64,000 nt of DNA. It comes from Paraspadella gotoi (Eukaryota; Animalia; Chaetognatha). The notes under the pieces are model-generated. The model saw only the letters and a program-made list of their open reading frames with translations. It ran no database searches and had not been told where the DNA came from. The number at the start of each line of letters is the position of its first letter. The stretch's first letter is position 1. A program made the translations under genes and the position numbers. The stretch is from the NCBI GenBank assembly GCA_051294375.1, contig CM119265.1, forward strand, positions 26,914,517 to 26,978,516. The letters are read 5' to 3'. Below are positions 54,101 to 64,000 of this stretch, in pieces.

Positions 54101-55325
54101 ATGGGGTAAATAAAGAGTGATGGAATTAATGGTGAGTTGTATCATTTAATCACCTGCCTCTAAATCACTAAATAACCTGCCACTAAATAACTAAATCCCC
54201 TGCCACAAAATCACTAAATCTGCCACTAAATCACTAAATCTCCTGCCACTAAATCCCTAAATCACCTGCCATTAGATCACTTATCACCAAATCACCTGTC
54301 ACTAAATCACCTACCACATGATCACTTTATCACTAAATCCCCTGCCACTAAATCACCGGCCACATGATCACTTTATTACTAAATCACCTGCCACTAAATC
54401 ACTTGCCAATCGGCCTGATCCAACCAATCCAAAAGCCTTCCGCAACCCCATTCTCATATCAGACTATCAGACTATCAGACCTCGGCCCAACGACGACAAC
54501 TCACATTCTGAAAAAGGGTCGAAGGTTCTGTCGGGTCTTCGCATGAATTCGGGTTTGAGCAAAAATCCAGATCTCCCGTTGAATTCGAATTTTCCAAGAT
54601 TTAGTTGCATGGCCAAATCTGTGGGGGGGGGATTTAAAATGGGGATAGGGATTTAGTCGCGTGAATTGAAGAAGGGATCAAGATTTATACGCTTGTCAAT
54701 TTTTTTTAAAGAAACGCAAGTTGAGATTTATAATTCCTTGGAGAAATATACAGACTTTTAAGTTTAAATTATATTTGGATATATAAGCAGGGTAAAATTG
54801 ATCCTGCTTCACTGCATTTCACGATCGTCGAACTTTCCAGGATTAAGGTTATAAAAATTTTCAAAAATGACTCGTTTTACTTTTTTTCTATTTTATAAAG
54901 GCTTTACTATTTAATATATAATTTAATTATATATATTCGGTTTTATGTTAGAGATATATATAGTTTTTTAAATAAATACGTTTTTCGAAATATATACGTT
55001 TATTCCCATGTCATATCAATGTCAAATCATGTCTATTAATGTCGAATTGGAAAGACTTATTTTTTATTGAAAGAATTATACTTGGACTGCTTAAAAACCC
55101 TGTGACAAAAACCAGTAAAACCAGTAACAAGTTAAAAGCCTTTTTACTTATTTTTTTTACTATTGGCTAACTTGTACCAGTTATGTTATGTTATGTTATG
55201 TTATGTTATGTTTTGTTAGTTTATGTCTAGTGTAACTTAAATTTTAAGGATTACTTCAACGAAAACGAGTAAACAAGTTTATATATCTCGGCGGTTGATG
55301 TGATGTTAGCGCCGTAAATAAAACA

Positions 55326-55364
<39 letters not shown>

Positions 55365-55472
55365 TCATAAAAAACAAGAACGGTGGTGTTTCAGCGGAAA
55401 CATCGCCGAGAGGCGAAGTACGTTTACTAAACGCCCACGTCGGTAACTATATCTCTCCCTTTATCTTTTTCA

Positions 55473-55552
<80 letters not shown>

Positions 55553-58500
55553 GAATCTTTATCTTTTACCAAAGGGTGTAAGTCTTGTGATACTATTTGA
55601 CAGCCAGCGTTACTAACTTTATTTATCTCTCTCTCTCTCACTCTCTCTCTCTCTCCTGTCCTTTCTCACCGGCCGGTTTGAAAGTTGAGTGAGACCATTT
55701 GACAACCCGGCGTTCCAAAATATTTGAGGAAGATAGTTGCTGGGTTCCACACGCCCCCCTGGTGAAAGCGTGGGACGGATTTCATCACGTGACAGTGAAA
55801 AAAAGAATCACACTCCGGTGATAAACAAGTTGTTTTTTTTGTTTTTTTTTATTACGAGTGCCAATCTATTTATTTGTATAGATTCATTACATACATTGTA
55901 AATGTTCCTATCTCGATTTTAAAAAAAAATTATCTAATCGCCACGAAGGAAGTCGGCGTCGTTTATTATGAATATTTAGAATTTTATTTTACACAAATAA
56001 ACGAGAGAGTAATAATAATTTATCAAAATTAGATGATTAAACGATGGTTCAAAATACAAAGTAAATAGTTCATGACTTACTTCTGTTGATAAAAAATCTT
56101 TACAATATTCATTGAGGAATCTTATTTTTTTTGTGTTTACCTTCCCCTCATTTTCTTTTGTTTACATTTTTTAAAATTGTTTGTTTATGTTTATGTTTGT
56201 GTTTGACTTTCCTTCATTACTTTTCTTTTGTTTACATTTTGTTAAATTGTTTGTTTACCTTCGGGTAAATTCGGCTCATTTGTCGTTTGTTATAAATTGA
56301 CGAGTTCGATGGCGGAGGATTTCAAGTAGCCCCAAGCCAGTGTTTTATTTAAATGAAGGACATGTTGTAGCTAGGCGAGGAGATCAAGTCAAAAATGTTG
56401 TAGCTGGAGGGAGATCAGTAACAAATGTTGTAGCTGGGAGGAGATCAAGTAAACAGGGAAATAAATAAAATGTTGTAGCTGGGAGGAGAATCAAGTAAAC
56501 AGGGAAATAAAGAAAAATGTTGCTAAGCTGAAGAGAGATGCAAGTAAACCAGGAAATAAAGGAAATATGTTATGTAGCTGGGAGTGTAAGAGATACATTC
56601 TTAGAATAATATAAATGAGATTGAGATTTCATCAATCCATTTGCATATAATAGTAATAATTTTTAAGTCCAATTGATTTTGTAACTGTAATATTTTAGGA
56701 TAATTTGGATTTTATATTACTTTTCTATATTGTTTAGTGAGTTTAATTGATTCATGATAATTTGCAGATTTGATAGATTAGTTATGTCATTAATATTGGA
56801 GTTTTATCTCTATCCTGGCGACCTTTCATAAACACATAAATACTTTATTATTCAAAGGTGAAATCAATGGTCAGCTTGGACAAGGAAGTACCTCATGTTA
56901 GAGTCCCATATCTCGGAAGTCCCTGCTCATGTATTAATGTTGAATAGTTGTATTAAATAAACAATAATTAAAATAAAGAAAATTATGTTTTTCTATTTAG
57001 TTATTTAGCTAGTGTAATAAATCTCAGGTAAACTAAAAAGGCAGCGAGCAGAACTATCCTGAAGATATAAGTAACAATAATATTTAATTCATAACCTGAG
57101 TCCCACTCCAAGTGTTGCATCGGGTTGTGAAATAATGATCCCAGGAAGCCCCGCATTATATTTAATATGGTTAGCTCTAAACTAAAATCAACCAATATTT
57201 ATATTTTTATTTGTATATCTATTGGCGCGTACACACTATCAAGATCTATTTGTGACAATCCCATTTCATACCGTTTCCGCGGTTTTATACAGCAAATTCC
57301 ATGAGAAGATGGTTTGCAGAGCTTGTGTTTTTGACTTCAACTCAACTGAAGTGTCAGATTCTTTCATCATTTGACCGGTAAACTTTCATTTCGTGCGCTT
57401 CTTCCCACCCATTGACAGCAAATTCTTGAAGAGTAGTGCAGCTCGGTTTGCAGCTCATACCACAAATGGGATGTCAAATAACTTGTACCAATTCTTTTTT
57501 GCAAGTTCTCGTATTCATTCCATGACCAGGGCCAAGCACGAGCACTGTTCAGGCTCCAAATACATCACTCTTTGTCGTCCTCACAACTGTATTATACTGG
57601 CATTGGGTATTGAGAACACATCTCTATTCGGAATCTCTAACAGGATTCCCCTTTCGGTGTCAGGGGGACCACCAAACTCAACATGGTCCAACCCACTTCA
57701 CAATACGTCTACACCCCGGTGTCCTCCCCTCTCCTCACAACCTCTTAATCGTCGCTACAACCGTCAACAACTGCTTCCAACTTCATTCTATACATTCGTC
57801 GTGGGCGCCTGTTCACCTTTCCCGTGCTGTGGATCTCTGTGGGGAGATCAGAGTCCAAAAAGAACTATTGAGAGAAGGTCATCCACTTTTTGTGCGCATT
57901 TTACTTCGAAAGTTATTATTTATGTTGACAGAGGGTGCAAGCGTCAAGGCCCTAACATACTTCTTTCACTTGCAATGTTTTCTAAATTCACAACCTTTGA
58001 TTTTTACCGCATGATACCTCTTATTGATCCAAAGCTCAAATAAACAACTTTTGTGGGACACTAAGCGCCGCTTCCAACTCTTGAAACTTCTCTTCTACAG
58101 CCTCACTATCCTTGGTCTCTCTGTACTCATCCTGTCAAAGCTTCCTTGCAGCGATCGCCCATGGTTGTTGAAGCTACATCAAGTGGAGCTTACCAAGTTG
58201 CTCCAATCCATCCCCAAGCCATCCAATTTCATAACTGTGAAGTACCCATGTGTTTGAGAATTAATCTTTGGATCGTGACTTTTGGCCCCTTCTTAATAGG
58301 TAGGAAAGTAAAAACATCTTCAACACATTAATATATTGGCCATTTTGGTACCACAATTCAACAATTTTATTTAATGAACTCTTTAAATACACTATTTTGC
58401 AACATGTCACGTTCTCCAAATCAAGCCACATCTCATCTCATTTAGTATTAATTCTAGAGATGGTATCTCTTACAGGAGGAGATCAAGTAAAAGGGAAATA

Positions 58501-59432
58501 AAGAAAAATGTTAGCTGGAAGGAGGATCAAGTAACAGGGAAATAAAGAAAAATGTTGTAGCTGGAGGAGATCAAGTAAACAGGGATAAAGAAAAATGATA
58601 TGTAGCTGGAAGGAGATCAATAAACAGGGAAATAAAGAAAAATGTTGTAGCTGGGAGAGAATCAAGTAAACAGGGAAATAAAGAAAATGTTGTAGCTGGG
58701 AGTAAATCAAGTAAACAGGGAAATAAAGAAAAATGTTGTAGCTGGAAGGAGATGCATATTGCAGATGCCATGCATGCTAGATGCCATACATGAAATAAAA
58801 CAGGTAAAAAATTAAAGCTATTTTAAAATTAAAGTTTGAACTTTTATAACTTGTATAACGTTTATAATCATCACCTAATCACGTGACATTTTGTTTATAA
58901 CCATCATATATTTTGTTAATAATCACCTGACATTTTGTTTATAATCAACTGACATTTCGTTCATAATCACCTGACATTTTGTTTGTAATCAACTGACATT
59001 TCTTTCATAATCACCTGACATTTTGTTTATAATCAACTGACATTTCTTTCATAATCACCTGACATTTCGTTCTTCCGCGATGTCAAAACCGTGAAATTTG
59101 ACCTGGAGGAAAAAAAATCAGGAATTACATGTGCAGTTGACGTTTAAGTGTAGTTGAATAAAGTAAATTAAATTAGATTTAAAACCTAGCAAAAACATCT
59201 TCCTCCAATATAAGAGGTTTTCTCATGGAAAAAAAGTGTAAATTTAATCCATGAACGAGAGATGGACTGATAAACATATGGACAGACAAAAAGACAGACG
59301 GACGGACGGACTCAACTGGTTGGGCGTAGTTGACCAATGAACTCAGCAACGGATGAATGTTCGTTGTTGCTCCTGTGTACTGATAGTTGCTCAGAAGCAT
59401 CGCTTCATCTTCCGCTGACAACGAATCCTCGT
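48760..59432 (-). CDS. PLCB4: Phosphoinositide phospholipase C beta-4 / norpA-like (3' part: end of X-Y linker, Y box, C2, C-terminal coiled coil); 5' exons lie beyond the window or were not found
   Basis: 16 GT-AG exons: 59432-59317, 59102-59059, 56370-56259, 55758-55670, 54618-54505, 54089-53941, 53569-53464, 53197-53154, 52831-52702, 52424-52297, 52037-51986, 51451-51321, 50929-50767, 50108-49963, 49504-49390, 49046-48760. The peptides are PLCbeta4-type: [168 protein letters not shown]. Confidence 0.95.
49390..49504 (-). CDS. PLCB4: PLCB4-like exon (C-terminal coiled coil)
   Basis: [38 protein letters not shown]; AG/GT bounded. Confidence 0.88.
49963..50108 (-). CDS. PLCB4: PLCB4-like exon (C-terminal coiled coil)
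   Basis: [48 protein letters not shown]. Confidence 0.88.
50767..50929 (-). CDS. PLCB4: PLCB4-like exon
   Basis: [54 protein letters not shown]. Confidence 0.9.
51321..51451 (-). CDS. PLCB4: PLCB4-like exon
   Basis: [43 protein letters not shown]. Confidence 0.85.
51986..52037 (-). CDS. PLCB4: PLCB4-like linker exon
   Basis: ttccag|[17 protein letters not shown]|gtaagt; its phase bridges the flanking exons. Confidence 0.75.
52297..52424 (-). CDS. PLCB4: PLCB4-like exon (proximal C-terminal domain)
   Basis: [43 protein letters not shown]. Confidence 0.88.
52702..52831 (-). CDS. PLCB4: PLCB4-like exon (end of C2)
   Basis: [43 protein letters not shown]. Confidence 0.92.
53154..53197 (-). 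CDS. PLCB4: PLCB4-like exon (C2)
   Basis: [15 protein letters not shown]. Confidence 0.9.
53464..53569 (-). CDS. PLCB4: PLCB4-like exon (C2)
   Basis: [35 protein letters not shown]. Confidence 0.92.
53941..54089 (-). CDS. PLCB4: PLCB4-like exon (C2 start)
   Basis: [50 protein letters not shown]. Confidence 0.93.
54145..54405 (+). repeat. ~15-bp intronic minisatellite (cactaaatcacctgc)n
   Basis: Imperfect tandem units filling most of a PLCB intron. Confidence 0.8.
54505..54618 (-). CDS. PLCB4: PLCB4-like exon (end of Y box)
   Basis: [38 protein letters not shown]. Confidence 0.93.
55670..55758 (-). CDS. PLCB4: PLCB4-like exon (Y box), with apparent 1-bp indel errors
   Basis: [28 protein letters not shown] after correcting small homopolymer indels. 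Confidence 0.88.
56259..56370 (-). CDS. PLCB4: PLCB4-like exon (Y box), with apparent indel errors
   Basis: [32 protein letters not shown] after correcting several 1-bp insertions. Confidence 0.85.
56360..58750 (+). repeat. ~46-bp minisatellite (aatgttgtagctgggaggagatcaagtaaacagggaaataaagaaa)n in two blocks (56360-56585, 58475-58750) split by a ~1.9-kb unrelated insert
   Basis: The same unit appears on both sides. On the gene strand the unit is polypyrimidine tract + CAG + the first bases of the 56370 exon. Confidence 0.8.
58865..59066 (+). repeat. 22-bp minisatellite (ataatcacctgacattttgttt)n overlapping the 59059 exon donor
   Basis: About 9 units. The minus strand reads aatgtcag|gtgattat, the real exon end and donor. 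Confidence 0.85.
59059..59102 (-). CDS. PLCB4: PLCB4-like exon (Y box start)
   Basis: ctccag|[14 protein letters not shown] ag|gtgatt. Confidence 0.9.
59317..59432 (-). CDS. PLCB4: PLCB4-like exon (X-Y linker end / Y box start)
   Basis: [38 protein letters not shown]. Confidence 0.92.
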
Positions 59433-59516
59433 CTGTGAAACAATATGTATATATATATATGACAAAATTCAATCAAAATATCCCAGTTGTAATCTTGGTC
59501 AACATTTCATACAATC

Positions 59517-60155
59517 ACATCTCTTAAGACATCTCAGTTGACACTTCACTGCACATCTCAGTTGACACTTCACTGCACATCTCACTTGACACTTCTCTGC
59601 ACATCTCAGTTGACACTTCACTGCACATCTCAGCTGACATATCACTCGCACATCTCAGATGTGACACATTCACTGCCACATCTCAGTTGCTACTTTCACT
59701 GCATCATGCTCAGCTGACATATCACTCCATGACATCTCAGTTGACACTTCACTGCACGTCTCAGATGACATATCACTCCACTCTTCAATTGACACTTCAC
59801 TCCACATCTCAGTCTTCGCGCTGACACGAATCCTCGTCTGTGAAACAATATGTTATATATATATATGACAAAATTAATCAAAATATCCCAGTTGTAATAT
59901 TGGCAAACATTTCATACATCACATCTCTTAAGACATCTCAGTTGACACTTTCACTGCACATCTCAGTTGACACTTCACTCAGCATGTCACTTGACACTTC
60001 TCTGCACATCTCAGTTGACACTTCACTGACAATCTCAGCTGACATATCACTCACACATCTCAATTGACATTCACTCCACATCTCAGTTGACACTTCACTT
60101 GCATCATCTCAGGCATGACATATCACTCCAACATCTCAGTTGACACTTCACTGCA
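59517..60155 (+). repeat. 24-bp minisatellite (cacatctcagttgacacttcactg)n in two blocks within a ~400-bp tandem duplication
   Basis: Tandem units. 59812-59940 repeats 59408-59540, including the acceptor and first ~20 nt of the 59432 exon. Confidence 0.85.
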
Positions 60156-60599
60156 CGTCAGCGGATAGGGATCCGCCTCCACTTTATTTCGATCAATGTG
60201 AACTTCTCTCTCTCTCTCTCTCTCACTCTCCCCTCTCTCTGTTTATTCGATCGTGTTTTAGTCATAGCGAACAGAGGCGGAGAGTGGGACTAGGTCATAG
60301 GGAATTGTTTCATGGGCCGAGGGAGTAGGACGAAGGACTTTAGTGATCATAAGCGAAGCTGCCCTCGCCCCGAATGGTTGCAATTGATTTTCTATCTCAA
60401 TTATTTTATTCACATCGCTTATCGATTGTAAATAAGTAATATAAACATTTTGCTCGTTGTCTATTCCATCGTGATAATTTAAACGTCATCGAAAGTAGCG
60501 AAACGGCAAAGTGGTTGTAAGCGACGGGAATTCGAGAAGAAAACAAGGATTAACTTACCACCACGCGAAACAAAAAAAAAAAACCGAAGAGACTCCAAA

Positions 60600-63500
60600 C
60601 CTACGCGGAAATAAAATAAAAGAAGAAAGCAAAAAAAACCATTCGGGCCCGCTCACCAACAAAATTGAGGCCAAAAGCTAAATCCCGGTCCATTTTAGAC
60701 ATGGCGAAACTGCTTGGCATTGGTGAGAAGGGGCTGGCAAGGACGCCATACCTACGCACTACAACCTCCCGCGCCAACCGGAGAGAAGACGTCGGAGGCT
60801 CACGCAAGGTTTGGTGGGGCCTACTTAGACAGACGGACTGGGAATGATCGTCTATATCACCGACGGCAGACGAGCCCTGCCAATCAATGGAGGACCTTAC
60901 GGCCGGCTCGACAAGATAAGCTCGTTGACGACGATGATAGCACCGCCGCAATGGAACATTGGCCGAGAATAGCAAACGCACCTTCTAAACCTGGACGAGA
61001 ACCTGAGAAGGTCGGCGGAAGGAAAGAAAGGCAACCATGGGAGCCGCCATTACGGAAATATTGGCCTTGATCAACGACAACAAGGTTGATTCCGCCGCGC
61101 CGCGGCGGAATCACGCCAGGCAGCCGCCGAAACAAGAGCTCTCGCCGCGAGATGGCCGACCCTCTCTGCACAAGCAGTGGAGGAGCTGGCCACGACGCCA
61201 AGGGAAAAAGGCCCGGAGCCTACGCGCGGAAAACCGCCGCAGGAGCACGTCCACCACGGCGGAAGCAAGAACACCGGCGCCGCGCGCTCGATCTCAGCGA
61301 ACCCGCTCTCACAGCGCCGCCGATCAAGATGGACAGGCAACGGAAGGAGAGAAGCGATGGAGTTTCCTGAGGGGCATCATCGGAACTCAAAAACTGCGAT
61401 TTCGAAGAGAAACGCGTGAAAACGAGCAACTAACAGGCCGTCCTCTGCACGTGACGAAGAGGCAATTGGTACGTCGACCCAATCGACGGCAGCCTATGGA
61501 AAGGCTCGAGGCGATGTGCAAAGAGTCATCGGTCACAGCTAGCAGAAATAGCCGAGAAGATAGTGGTGAAAGTGGACCCAAAGGAACTCGAATAGGACTC
61601 CCACTAGTGAACTCCATCTACAAGAAGTTCGACTTGCGTCGCGCGCCGAAGAACGTGACGCGGTCTACAGCCACGTCGCCCGCCTACTGACGAAGGCGCT
61701 GGACCCGTACGCCCCGGCATTCAAGGGAAGTACTCAAATTCTAGAATCTCATCGCAANNNNNNNNNNNNNNNNNNNNNNNNNAACAAAACCCAGAGAGAG
61801 AATAGTGGTGGCGTATGTGTCACCACGTAGAGACACGCTTGGAGATGTGTGTTGGCAAGAGAAAAATTATTTCGACCTTGTGGCTAATTTTGTGTGTGAA
61901 ATGTTGATAAAAAGCTTTATAAAAAAGATCTTTTGCGCTACTCTCATGATCGTGGGAGTTAACCAAAACAATATGATTTCCTCACTAAAAAGAGACGAGT
62001 TGAGTCAGCCGGAAGATGGCAAGAACTCAGGGTTGGCAGAATTCACTATCGTATGAATATGAGTCAGAAAAGAGAAAGAATTAAGATGATACCTCAAACG
62101 TTATGACATATAGAATTATAAGACCGATTAATCGAATGCGACCTTAACCGCAAATACATCTTATTCAAATAACATACACGGGGATCAGTTAGATACATAT
62201 AATCGGTCCATGACTCCGCACACATATTCCTTGTCTCGCTGAGCCGCGTCTTTGCAACAATATCTCCAAGACAAAGTCTGTAAATACTTCATCCTACCAA
62301 CAAGACGAGGTTCCGGACGCACAGTTATCGGAGCCTAGACTGAGGTCACAGCCCGCCCGGCCTGCCGCGCGCTCGCTCTGGCGTCGCTATTTACTTGCAC
62401 TTCTTCAGCGCATCGAGTTTTCACTCTGGCGGCCCCTGCAGCGGGCGCTGTACCCTGGCGTCGCAACAGGACTTGATTCCAGGACACAACACAACATGTA
62501 GCAAGAAACGTTGTGGGAGATCAATCGACCCACTATCGGGGCTTAAGAAATTTCAACGAGTGCTAATCAAAATGGTGAGTAGACTTTAAGACGCTGACGA
62601 TGTTCGCACAGCTAACAAAGCGGCCATGCGGGGGCGATACTTCACAGCAATGGCTACAGGACGCAGGACAGAAAGACTATATATATATGTATCTCCCTCA
62701 GTTTTTCCACTCAAAACATTCGCCAGGCGGAGTAATCAGAATGAAAACCATCAAGATCGCCTAGAAACACTGCGCTTGAGGGTACATTTGTGGAGAGTCA
62801 GTCTAGTTGAACAGACTCACATATACTGGTTCAAGAAGAGGTAATGCGACCGAGCAACACGACAAACAGCACTGTCCGACGTACGTATTAACAGCTGGAG
62901 AACGACATTCCGCACATAGATGCCACCCTCAGAAGATCATCTTAGTAAAGGTGGCTGACATCCAGCGATTTTTTTAACCAGTTCTGATTCAAATCAATAA
63001 TACGCACTCCACTAGACACTGGCACTTTCTAGGGCGCGCAGGGCTTCAGAGACCCATCAAGCAGAATCGCAGTTACGAGCTGGCTTCAACACGAGAAGAA
63101 CCGCGTTGTCAGGGCGGAGGTCGTGGCCAAGGACAGCTCTAGAACTCAGGGTAGGCGGCAGCGCCGATACTAGGAATAGTAGCGACACCGCAAATAGTGC
63201 GACTAGAAAGAAATCGCTGTTCGGACAAGAATTCTTTCGAATTCTGAAAGGCTATTTCTTCGGCCAGAGGGCTCGAACAATAAAAAAGAGTAAGCAGGCG
63301 CACCAAAAACAAGACGTTTGTAACGTTTAATCAGAACGAATTCTGAGAAACGGACTGGTCACTGTATTGCCACCAGAGCTAGGAGGCATTCTAGCAAAAA
63401 CATGAAGACAGGCAATTTGCATTAAAATACGCTAAGACGATGGAACAGCAAGCTGCACGAATGCGCGGCTGGTAAGTAACGAAAAAGGTGTACGGCCGGA

Positions 63501-64000
63501 GGGAGGAATAGAAAGGAGAGAATAAGATCTTCCAGGAACAGTATAAACGAAAGATTCCGTCGGCTTCGGCGATGGATCAGCCGATACAGTGGGAACGAAG
63601 ACTGAGAAGCCATCAGAACACCTAGTAGATGGCCCCCGCAACAAACGACTGAATTATATTAAACATGCGGCTGAAACAACAGGAATGAGAAAGAGCGAAA
63701 GAGCGTATCGCAGGCGGGTGCCCACGTAGCCATGAAAAAAAAGAGAGGCCAGCACCAATAAGGAGAACTGCAATGCTCCCGGCCACCTGACATGTCATGA
63801 CTCGGGGCCAATCCTCCACGCCAAGACCAGCCAAACAGAACCGAAGAAGAGTACGCAAGGACCGCACCGCTGGAGCAACAACCGAGGGTAGATAGGGACG
63901 AGGCGGCTACACGCAAACCTCAGAGGTGACAAACGCAGGATCCCTAAACGGAAACACCAGAGGGTTTTCGAGAAGAGACACACCTAGAAAAACCTGAACG
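60600..64000 (+). mobile_element. Possible degenerate or poorly polished retroelement (gag-like region followed by unresolved sequence)
   Basis: Abrupt shift to GC-richer, non-repetitive sequence with broken plus-strand ORFs (MGAAITEILALINDNKVDS...; LDPYAPAF, PAM2-like). No RT or integrase motif could be read. Confidence 0.3.

Noticed and set aside
55670-56370. Frameshifts in two PLCB Y-box exons suggesting a pseudogene
   Set aside because: They are confined to a noisy stretch with homopolymer-type 1-bp indels while the other 14 exons are intact. Sequencing error is more likely; read polishing would decide.

Overview
This is eukaryotic (invertebrate-like animal) genomic DNA from a draft assembly. 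It has many N gaps, including recurrent 25-N spacers, local 1-bp indel noise and dense (GA)n, (GAC)n and (TC)n microsatellites. Most ORFs in the supplied track are low-complexity artefacts, so genes were rebuilt by eye from GT/AG splice sites and reading-frame phase. On the minus strand I find four genes: (i) the 3' part (16 exons: Y-box, C2, C-terminal coiled coil) of a phospholipase C beta-4/norpA-like gene at 48760-59432; (ii) a galaxin-like di-cysteine-repeat gene at 8284-10084, first exon not found; (iii) a complete 4-exon, 184-aa secreted Cys-rich protein with a 19-nt microexon and a hydrophobic GPI-like tail at 4223-6538; (iv) a 2-exon prepro-peptide-like gene with repeated xSAA-G-R/K motifs at 2576-3698. 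A weak plus-strand multi-exon gene candidate lies at about 20.2-21.8 kb. Repeats include three solo LTRs carrying an internal tRNA-like Pol III promoter, a HINE/MITE-like family also carrying a tRNA-like core, a TTAGGG-rich MITE-like family, a retroposed CCA-tailed tRNA-Lys fragment, Penelope-type hammerhead-like motifs, a 4.8-kb (GGAAAT)n-based satellite inside a duplicated block that is probably an assembly overfill, and several intronic minisatellites built from copies of the neighbouring splice junctions.
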